A stretch of 15,524 nt of DNA. Source: Fonticula alba ATCC 38817. Lineage: Eukaryota > Protista > Nucleariida. The DNA lies in assembly GCA_000388065.2 (NCBI GenBank), contig KB932202.1; one strand, written 5' to 3'. The position numbers were made by a program, and so were the translations under genes. The notes under the pieces were generated by a model. The model did no database searches. It was not told where the DNA came from and saw only the letters and a program-made list of their open reading frames with translations. Position 1 is the first letter of the stretch. Each line of letters begins with the position of its first letter. This document shows, piece by piece, positions 1-9,098 of this stretch.

Positions 1-690
1 CCCCCGGCGCCGCCTCGGTGGCCCACGTTTCCCTCCCGTGCCGCTCGACCACCGAATGATCGAGACAATCTGCCCTCGCGGGCGTGCGGCCTTGGCGCCC
101 CCTGCCGTCATCTGCGCCCAGAGGACGGGCAGAGTGCTTGCACGCCCGCCCCCAGCACCACCATCTCCGCCCTCCATGCCACTAGCGGGCCACACCAGAG
201 ACCTGCACTCTCTCTCGCTCTCTCCTGGAAGCGGGCAAAGAACAGTCCCCGGCACGATGTGATCGGCAAGCGCCCGCCTGCGCCCCCAACACGAGAGAGC
301 CACCGGACAGGCAGACCTCGGTATGCATGCCTCCTCGATGGGGAAAAAAAACCTCCTGCCTCCGAGAAGACACATACTGCAGGCCGGCCCATTACTGCCC
401 CGCTCCCGGGCCCCACGCAACATATGGCTTGTTGGCTGGCCGGCGAGGGCAGGGTCGAGATGAAGTGCGTATCGTGGTCCACCACCCTAGCGGGCAAGTT
501 CTCTATGTGGGAATAGTATTTCGCATCGAATGACAATGTGAAGCATGTGATTCTTCCTGGACATGTGGCCGGCGGCCAGTTTCTCGGCCTCGGCCCGGGG
601 TTTCCCTGGAGCCCTGCCCCGCGCCCCCCGAAGCACACCCTCTCCTCGGGTCGGGGATTCGCGCGAGGCTCGGCCGTGTGTCCGGCTCGC
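1..690 (-). CDS. Possible 3'-incomplete multi-exon gene of unknown function running off the window start
   Basis: The minus strand has a TTTGCAG acceptor (exon from 690), an open frame (RAGHTAEP...TCFTLSFDAKYYSHIENLPARVVDHDTHF...GRPA) ending at a GTATGT donor (377-372), and another frame open from about 375 to base 1 (…LADHIVPGTVLCPLPG…LPVLWAQMTAG…IVSIIRWSSGTGRETWATEAAPG). The upstream plus-strand purine-rich stretch is pyrimidine-rich on the minus strand, like the introns and leaders here. I could not join the frames with a convincing acceptor and recognise no family. Confidence 0.3.
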
Positions 691-1747
691 CTGCAAATGC
701 ACACACATCCGCCTTCGGCGCGGCCGCAGTCCCATTTGCGCAGGCATGCACTTGCCCCTCGCATGCTCGTGCCTGGACGCATGCCGCAACAAATACACCC
801 AGTGGCGGGGGGGGGGGGGGGCCGGGATATCGGACAATGCTCCGAGACAGATTCACGCTCAGGCGCCTAGACTGCCACCCCATGTCCCCCTGTCCTCGCC
901 TCCTCTTGGATGCGCGCCGGATCGCACACGCCCTTTCGCCGATCACACGCGCCCCCCCCGCCCAGGCTACCAGATGCGGCGCATGATTGTCGCCGACTGG
1001 GTCCACTTGCCAGGACGCGCGCGCGCACAGGCCCCCCTCTCCCCGACTCGCTCAGGGGGGGAAGGCAGCAGATTGGACATTTACTGTGTATATATTGGAC
1101 TTGAGAAGGAGCCCGCACACCTCCAACGGCGAGCGGAGGAGGGGGGCAGGCTCAATATGTGGGAGGGGGGGAGGGAAGCATGTGTAAGAGTGTACAAAAG
1201 ACGGATGGGGAGGCGGAGGCAAGGGGCCGAGCACCGGGGGAGGGGGGNNNNNNNNNNNNNNNNNNNNNNNNNNNNNNNNNNNNNNNNNNNNNNNNNNNNN
1301 NNNNNNNNNNNNNNNNNNNNNNNNNNNNNNNNNNNNNNNNNNNNNNNNNNNNNNNNNNNNNNNNNNNNNNNNNNNNNNNNNNNNNNNNNNNNNNNNNNNN
1401 NNNNNNNNNNNNNNNNNNNNNNNNNNNNNNNNGGGGGGGGGGGGAAAGAGGGCGCCAGAATGTGGTGCCCCTGGCCGCCGGGTGGCGAGGACGCCCTCGG
1501 TCATCCTCCTGCGAGCGCCAGAGATGCCTGACAGCAGGAGGACGGCAAATGGGGGGAGGAGGAACTGAAATGACTATGGGGGGGGGACTGTCGGGAGGAT
1601 GCACGCAGCGCAAAACACGCAGGTGTGTGGCAAGGAGACCGCCGCCGCGGCAGGAGGCAGAAGGAAAGGCCGGCATGTAAGAGGGTAGGCCCAGGCCACC
1701 AATCAAAGATGCAGCGGGCCAATGAATCACGCACACACCGGTCGGGT

Positions 1748-2229
1748 TTACTCCTCCTCCTTCATGGCCAGGGCGATCATGCGGCGACGGTTGTAGCTAA
1801 GGGAAGGGGTGTTCGTGGAAAGGGGCGGCAGAAGGGTCGGCGCGATGGGCAGAGACGGAGGCAGGCAGGGAGGAAGGAGGTCAGGAGACACAGTGAGGTG
1901 GACGATGGCGGTGCATGGGAAAGGGCGCCACAATGGGCGGGAGACGCACTCGTCCAGCTGGCACCCCTCGTACTGGTTGCGCTCCTCGGTGCACTTCCAG
2001 GGCAGGTAGGAGACGGTCCGGCGGCAGCGGATCAGGTTGACCAGGAGGTCGGAGCAGTGGTCGCGCATGGCCTGGGGGACCTGGGCGGCGTCGAGCTCGA
2101 CGGCAGTGATATTCGGGACTGCACAATCGCAGAAGGGCGACAGGGGAGTCAAGTGCAAGCGAGTCAGCAAACGAAGGCGGAGCCATGCATCCACAGCATG
2201 ACGGATGCCCTCGCACAACCGGGCAAACA

Positions 2230-2272
<43 letters not shown>

Positions 2273-2345
2273 AGAGGTGGAGGACAAAGGGGGCGCAGGG
2301 GGGGGGGGTAGACAAGGATGACATACCACGGGGCTCGGGAATCAT
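1748..2345 (-). CDS. NDUFB7: NADH:ubiquinone oxidoreductase subunit B7 (B18, complex I accessory, twin CX9C), 78 aa, 3 exons
   Basis: Exons 2345-2327, 2118-1950 and 1796-1748; introns GTATGT..TGCAG and GTGCGT..TTAG; 237 nt in frame. Product: MIPEPRVPNITAVELDAAQVPQAMRDHCSDLLVNLIRCRRTVSYLPWKCTEERNQYEGCQLDDYNRRRMIALAMKEEE. It has CX9C...CX9C and the family-typical 'E.DAAQVP...RD.C..LL', 'Y.PWKC..ER..YE.C' and 'DY..R.M' motifs. Confidence 0.93.
2241..2269. repeat. (GA)n microsatellite in NDUFB7 intron 1
   Basis: Direct reading; it is a (CT)n tract on the sense strand of the gene. Confidence 0.95.
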
Positions 2346-2984
2346 GGCGTTTGCGTAGAAAAGGGGAAACCGAGTGGCGCGAGCGGGAAGCCACAGACGG
2401 GAAGTCGGGGGAGCGGCAGGCAGAGGCGAGAGGAGAGAGGGGGGGAGGGGGAGGAGGGCTTCGCTGGAGGGTGTCCCCGGAGAGGGCCGGAAACTGGGCG
2501 GCAAAATACCCATGCACCCTGGGGCCCCGTCTGTCCGGCCCTGCCCCCACGGCAGTACCCCAACTCCGTTGCCACCACCCTGACCACCACAACCGCCCCC
2601 CCCCCCTCTCCCCGCTACACGACTGACCTCCCCTCCGGAAGGAGAGGCACAGGGCTGGGTCCGGTATGCGTGGTCCAGAGCCACCCGGAGCCGCCTCCTG
2701 TGCCGCCCTTGGCGCGGCTTTCCGCCCGGACTCGGCCGGCGACACAACACCCGTCGCTTCACCCGCGGGCGGCCCAAGGTCCGGGAGCAGGCCGACAGTA
2801 ATGTCAAGGCTTCGGGCGGCCTTTTGCTCGTCGAGAGAGCATGCCGAGCGCAAGGCGGAATATCTGGGACATAATAATGCCTGAGCATATGTCTTCCCCC
2901 CCGCCCCCCTCGTCGGGGTACAAAGGTGTTGCCACGCCGAGAGCCACCCTTCCCAGTCCCGTCGCACCTCAGAGCGGGTCAAGC

Positions 2985-3018
<34 letters not shown>

Positions 3019-3481
3019 TCTGTAGGGGATGCGCGAGACCGACACCCGTTGGCGAAATTCACCGAAGCCAGGCCCTGCAATGGCATTGTCAACTGCCACC
3101 GAATGAGCCGTTGACCAAAATACGCCCTCCATGCGGTGGAGCCGAGCGAGCATTTGGCGGTCCGTCTCTGTGGCCGACGCGGGGGGGGGGGGGCGGAGAT
3201 CTCGACGCGTGGCCGCCTCCGACCGGCAAGTCTACACCCCCCCCCGTCCCCCCTCACACCCCCGATCAGGCCCAGGCACCCGGAGGCCAGCGCACTGTTC
3301 TCAAGAGGGCCTGTGTCCAGGATGCGGGCACATTCCAATTCAGCGCATCTCCCCTCGCCCCTCCCTATCTCGCTCCTCCTGCCACCCCGTCCCCCAAACT
3401 TGCGCTCGCCTTTCGCCGATAGCACTTTCTCGTCCTTTCGCTCCCCCCCCCCACTCAGTTTCCCGGAAGGCACTCAGCAGC
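2346..3481. promoter_or_regulatory. Divergent intergenic (probable bidirectional promoter) region between NDUFB7 and RCL1
   Basis: Start codons at 2345 (-) and 3482 (+) face away from each other, each preceded by a sense-strand pyrimidine-rich stretch. No specific promoter motif identified. Confidence 0.5.
2986..3013. repeat. (CT)n microsatellite
   Basis: Direct reading, with one interruption. Confidence 0.9.
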
Positions 3482-5002
3482 ATGAGCTCCACGGTCTCCT
3501 CGCTGCCCCCCCTCGAATTCGAGGGATGCAACTACTTCCGCCAGCGCATCATCCTCTCCCTCCTGAGCGGCCGGGCCATCCGCATCATCAACATCCGCAC
3601 CGACGAGGCGGACCCCGGCCTGGTGGACTATGAGGTGGCCTTCCTGAAGCTCATTGATCGGGTGACCAATGGCACCAATGCCACCATCGGCTACACCGGG
3701 TCTTCGGTCACCTTCCGCCCGGGTGCCCTGATTGGCGGCAAGCTGGAGTTCGATTGCGGTGTCAGCCGTGGGATCGGTGCGCGTCCTGTCTTCCTTTTCC
3801 TCTCTCTCGCGCACCATGCTCCCCCCTACCCCGGCCCCTCATCCTGACATTCTCCGCGTTGGTTTGCGTCCCTGCCCCCCCCTCCCGTCTCCTCTGCACA
3901 GGATACTTCCTCGAGCCGATCATCACTCTGGCTCCGTTCTGCAAGAAGCCCACCGTCATCACGCTGACTGGCATCACCAACAGCGACAATGACCTCTGCG
4001 TGGACACCATCCGCACGGTCATGCTGCCGACACTAATTCGCTTTGGCATCGAGGATGGCCTCGAGATGAAGGTGCCCCTTGCCCCCCGCCCCCTCCCCAC
4101 CTGCCCCACTACCTCACGCATATGCAGCACCTAACCGCCCCCCCCCCTCCCCCCCCTCCTGTTGCCCCTCCCACTGAAGATCAACCGCCGTGGCGCCCCT
4201 CCCCTCGGTGGTGGCGAGGTCTTCTTCCGTTGCCTGCCGGTGAAGGCACTCAAGGCGGTGGACTTCTCGGACGCCGGGCGCATCAAGCGCATCCGCGGGA
4301 TTGCCTACTCGGCGCGCATGTCGCCGGCCCATGCCTCGCGCTCGATCGAGGCTGCCCGGTCGCTGCTGAATAAGTTCATCCCGGATGTCTACATTTATGC
4401 GGATCATTACAGCGGCCGCAAGGCCAAGAAGACCGCCGCCACCACGGCCCTCGGTGAGATTGCCGCCGCCGAGGCCGGTCTCTCCCCGGGGTATGGCATC
4501 TCCCTGGTGGCTGAGTCCACCACCGGGGCTCTGCTGTCGGCCGAGAGCTGCGGCGCGGCCGGCGAGCCGCCCGAGGAGCTCGGTCTCCGCGTTGCCCGGC
4601 TTCTCTACTCGGCCATCGACAAGGGTGGCATCTGCGATGCGCTCTTCCAGAATCTGCATCTCCTGCTGGTGACTCTCAGCCCGGAGGATGTGTCGCGTCT
4701 GCGCTTCGGCAAGCTGACCCCTTACACGTGCGTCGTATACGCAGCCCATATATACATATTATACTCCATGCCCCCCCCCCTCCCCCCCCCCCCGCCCCCC
4801 ATCGATCGCATATCAGCTCCCATGCCGTGGCGTGCCTCACTGACCGTGCCCATGCCCAATGCCCTGCAGTATCCAGTACCTCCAGGACCTGAAGGAGTTC
4901 TTCGGGATTGTCTTCAAGTTGAAGGCTGACAATGAGTCCCGCACAGTCCTCCTTTCGGCCATGGGTATCGGCTTTACCAACGTCCACCGCAAGATCGACT
5001 AA
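3482..5002 (+). CDS. RCL1: RNA 3'-terminal phosphate cyclase-like protein Rcl1 (18S rRNA/40S biogenesis), 381 aa, 4 exons
   Basis: Exons 3482-3776, 3902-4071, 4180-4727 and 4870-5002 (1146 nt, phases consistent). Motifs: FEGCNYFRQRIILSLLSGR, PGLVDYEVAFL, SRGIGYFLEPI, LTGITN, RRGAPPLGGGEV, RIRGIAYS, SPGYGISLVAE, PPEELG, SPEDVSRLRFG, C-terminal MGIGFTN. No RtcA catalytic-His context was seen, which favours Rcl1. Confidence 0.97.
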
Positions 5003-5756
5003 TGTCCCGTCCGAAAGGGAGACCTCCCTCCCCCTGGCACTGTCCCCCTCTTCGTCTTGCCCCCTTTCCTTGTGTCTCCTCTCCCTCCCTCTTTTCCTCG
5101 GCCCCCCCCCCTCCCCCCCCCTCCCTCCTGGCGCCCCTGTGCGCGTGTGCACCGAGAAAATGAGCCACCAGGGCGCCCTCAGATCAACCCCCAACGGAGC
5201 GGCTGCCGCCCTCCGGCCGGCGCATGTGCACTTGCCTGCCCTCGGCCGCAGCTCCCCACGCTTGCCCCCTCCGAAAATATACCACCTGTCCTTCTGCACG
5301 CTGATCACCCGACCACACACATGGGCCCCGGGGCGGGGCCTCCACCGAGAGGGGGGGGAAACGGGTGTGTGGTGTTCCGTGGCCAGTCTCGCTGAGCCGG
5401 TCTCCGCGTTCCCGGACAGATATGGTGGCCAGTCTACCGACAGTGTGCATGCTGCCGCTTGTGCGCATGGTCCTCCACCCCGCGCTCGTGGGGCATGGAC
5501 GTGGTGAGACGGAGCCGAGATGGCGAGATCGCCTTTTTCTCAGCCCCTCGCGCCCGGCCAGTCTGCCACAGATCCCGGCAGACGCCCTCCCGCCCCCCCC
5601 TCCCCACACCATCCCCCCGCCGCCGCCCATTTTTGCGTCCACCCCCCCCCCCCTTCTCCCTGTCTATCGATCCTTCTACCCCTCCCTCTCTCTTTCTCTT
5701 TTCCTCTCCCCCTGCCCCCTCTCTCTTCCCTGCGCCTCGCCTGCCCCCAGTCCGCC

Positions 5757-8726
5757 ATGTCCAAGGTCAAGAAGTCGACCAGGAAGTTTCAGCGGACACA
5801 GCTGTCCAGTGTCATCAAAAGCCGCAAGCGCTATCAGAATGCGCCATCCACCATCCGTCGCAAGAAGCGTGACGCCCGCGAAGCGCGCGAAGAGCTGAAG
5901 CGCATCAACGAGGAGGCGCGTGAGCTCCAGCGTCAGGCCGAGGAAGGCGACGAGGAGGTCGAGGAGGAGCGCGAGGACTCCTTCGACTTTGAGGAGTCCC
6001 TCAGTGGGTGCGTAGACACACATGGAAGTGCTGCACGCATCCATGATGGCTGGCCATACGTGTCTGTTTCCAGGCCCGCACGCCCTCATGCGATTCGCCA
6101 TTCGGCTGCGACCCTTTTCCTTTGGTGTTGTACCCTTGGAGGCCCCTTCTAACCTCCTATGTATGCGTGTGTGCGTGTGTGCGTGCGTGTGCGTGTGCGT
6201 GTGCGTGTGCGTGTGCGTGTGCGTGTGCGTGTGCGTGTGTGTGTGTGTGTGTCTATGTGTACTCCTTGCACCCTCGCGTGGATGCGACCGCCTATCCACA
6301 ACAGTTTCCACAGCAAGGCNNNNNNNNNNNNNNNNNNNNNNNNNNNNNNNNNNNNNNNNNNNNNNNNNNNNNNNNNNNNNNNNNNNNNNNNNNNNNNNNN
6401 NNNNNNNNNNNNNNNNNNNNNNNNNNNNNNNNNNNNNNNNNNNNNNNNNNNNNNNNNNNNNNNNNNNNNNNNNNNNNNNNNNNNNNNNNNNNNNNNNNNN
6501 NNNNNNNNNNNNNNNNNNNNNNNNNNNNNNNNNNNNNNNNNNNNNNNNNNNNNNNNNNNNNNNNNNNNNNNNNNNNNNNNNNNNNNNNNNNNNNNNNNNN
6601 NNNNNNNNNNNNNNNNNNNNNNNNNNNNNNNNNNNNNNNNNNNNNNNNNNNNNNNNNNNNNNNNNNNNNNNNNNNNNNNNNNNNNNNNNNNNNNNNNNNN
6701 NNNNNNNNNNNNNNNNNNNNNNNNNNNNNNNNNNCCCCCCCCCGCCCTCTCTCTCTCTCAGCTCTAGCACGGAGATCTCGCCTGTTGCTCATGCTCCAAC
6801 TCGCTTTCAGCCTACAATGGCACCCTCAAGCTGGCCTTCGCCCGGGTGATCCCGACGCTGAATGCCTTCCTCCAGCAGCCGAGCCCCGAGGCGGCCGAGG
6901 AGCAGGCCGCTGCTGGACGTGCCCAGCAATCCCCCTCGGCCTCCAATCGCTGGCGACATGTGGCCCTCCTGGTGCAGGCCTACGGTGTTGGTTTGCTGCA
7001 GCTGCACGAGACCGCCGAGGATGAGCCATTGCTGGCGGAGCTGGTCCTCACGCGGGGCATCCTCCCGGCGGTGCCCTATCTGGCCTGCCTGCCGGCCGAG
7101 AGCCAGCAGCTTCTGCAGCAGCTCCTGATCCTGTGGAGCCAGGGGTCCCTTTGGGCCGATGATGCCCCGGCCAACAAGGCCCCCGAGCCGTCCGGGTCCA
7201 TGGAGTCCAGTGGGCCGATTCGCGAGGCAGCCTTCTTGGGCCTGCGTCAGCTGGCCCTGCGCGCGCCGTATCCCTTCTCCGAGGGGGTCATTTGGGGCGC
7301 GGTGGCGGCCTTCGCCCTGGGTGCCAGCCGGGACCCGGTGCGGGACAGCCTCCCGGCCGAGGCCCGGCGCTCGGTGGCCCTGGAGCGCTTCATGCTGGAC
7401 TGCATCGGCGAGCTGGCCTCCATCGATCCGCACGCCTTCCAGGCATGCCTCTACTCGATGGCTCGAAAGCTGATGGGCCTGCTGCGGCTGGCCGTGCGCG
7501 GGTCGGCCCTGCGCACCGGTGCCGCCACTCCCACCAAGAGCGAGGATGTCTACCTGGTCACCTCTTCGGACCTGCGCCGGTATCTGTTCAACTGGCGGGT
7601 CATTGCCCTGTTCCAGGCGTGGGAGCGCGGCGTGTGTGGACTGCTGAACTTGTCGGCGGCCGGCGGCCCGGCGGGGCTGCTGGGCAACCCCGGCAATGAG
7701 CTCGTTCGCCGTCTGATTTTCCCCTTCGCGCAGATTGGCCTCGGCCTGGCCGGGCTGGGTCTGCACCTGGCTCAGTTCGACCCGGCGCGGATTCACCTGC
7801 TGCGTAGTCTGGCCGGTGTGTCGGCCGCCTCCGGGACGTTCATCCCTGTGGCCTCGGTTTTGGTGGATCTGCTGGCCCATGTGAAGGGCAACATTTCACC
7901 GGCCGAGGCCGCGGCCGCCGGGGAGCTGGGCCCCGGCCCGAACTGGGCTCGAGTCAGCTCGCTGAAGCGTTCTGGCACCGGGCTGGCTGGCACCCGGGAG
8001 GCCCCGGCTCGACTTGGCATCCATGTGCAATTTGCCAATGCCCTGGTGGAGCAGGTGGCCGATGTGTTGCTTCTGCACTTTACTCCGGTGGCCCGGCACA
8101 TTGCCTTCCCGGAGCTGGTTGCTTCGCCAATCCTGCCCCAGCTGAACCACTTCATCGCGCGTGCCTCCCGGCGCGTGTCGAGCACGCGTCATCTTGTCCA
8201 GCTTGTCACCAAGGTACGCTTCCTGGTTGTCCTGTCCTGTCCTGTCCTGTCCTGTCCTGTCCTGTCCTGTCCTGTCCTGTCCTGTCCTGTCCTGCCCTGC
8301 CCTGCCCTGTACTGCCTTGCTTGCTCCCTGCGCCACTGTTTGCACTTGGTTCCCTTGTGTGGTCTATTGTTGCGCTTTGCGCGTTCCATCTGTTCTGCTC
8401 ACCTCGTTCTCTTTTTTATCTCCAACCCCATCACCCTGTAGCTCGATGAGAACCGCGCCTACATCGAGCATAAGCGCGCTGCCTTCGACTACAACCCCAA
8501 GGATGTCGACAAGCTGGCGGCCTTCCTGCGGAATGAGCGCGCCGCCGAGTCGCCGCTCTTTGCTTATGGTCGTCTGCGTCGCTCGCAGCTGGCTGCTGAG
8601 CAAAACAAGCGCTCGCAGGCGGCTGCGGCCCCGAGTTCCAAGCGCGCGCGCCCTGCTCGCGGGGGTGTTCGCAAGGCCAAGGCCGGAAGGCCGGTGGCCA
8701 AGATGGCCAAGGTGGCTTCTGCCTAA
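5757..8726 (+). CDS. NOC2: Nucleolar complex protein 2 (Noc2/NOC2L); model incomplete across the assembly gap
   Basis: Exon 1 starts at ATG 5757 (MSKVKKSTRKFQRTQLSSVIKSRKR, the typical Noc2 basic start, then an acidic stretch) and ends at a donor at 6004 or 6008. Gap 6320-6734 probably hides coding sequence. Exon 6811-8213 (TTTCAG acceptor; YNGTLKLAF, REAAFLGLRQLA, FMLDCIGEL, HAFQACLYSMARKL, LFNWR, LVRRLIFPFAQI, FIPVASVL, HIAFPEL) is followed by a GTACGC..TGTAG intron and final exon 8442-8726 (LDENRAYIEHKRAAFDYNPKD). Confidence 0.9.
6159..6252. repeat. Compound (GTGCGT)n/(GT)n alternating purine-pyrimidine microsatellite in NOC2 intron 1
   Basis: Nine perfect tandem GTGCGT copies at 6183-6236, two more at 6171 and 6179, then (GT)n to 6252. 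Confidence 0.95.
8229..8308. repeat. (GTCCT)13(GCCCT)3 pentanucleotide repeat in the last NOC2 intron
   Basis: Direct reading; it lies between donor 8214 and acceptor 8441. Confidence 0.95.
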
Positions 8727-9098
8727 GTGCACGAAGAGATGCCTTCGTCTTCCGCCTCTCGCATTTCCTTCTCTCGTCCCACTCTTCCCCCCTCCTCTCA
8801 CTTTCCCAATGGGAGATGGGAGCCTTCTGCCTTCGCAGCCTCTCACGCCCTGCCTATTGCCTCCCTTCCTTCCTCTTGTTGTACATTCGTCATGGGAAAA
8901 AAAATAGACACTACTATGACCTCCCCTTTGCCTGGAAAGATGGACGCCGCCAACAGTAGCATCGTCAAGCAAAGCAGCATTATGACCTCAGCAGCAAGGT
9001 GTGTATTATCACATCCGGCAAATGGCACATGGGGGGCACAGCCGGGGGCAGACCATTGACAGGCAGGCAGGGCCCGGGCCCGGAGCACTCGATTCCGC

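Noticed and set aside
563-1531. 322-aa plus-strand ORF
   Set aside because: It spans an N gap and G-runs, has no recognisable motifs, and local strand asymmetry points to minus-strand transcription.
5504-5750. Possible NOC2 5' UTR intron (GTGAGA..CCCCAG just before the ATG)
   Set aside because: Pyrimidine-rich leaders precede every start codon here, so this signal is not distinguishing without RNA data.
6159-6252. CVCVCV, RVRVRV and THTHTH peptide repeats
   Set aside because: Translations of an intronic microsatellite.
8214-8441. VLSCP-repeat C-terminus of ORF 6846-8441, and the antisense GQDRT repeats
   Set aside because: Read-through into the last NOC2 intron (GTACGC..TGTAG); the Noc2-like sequence resumes at 8442.
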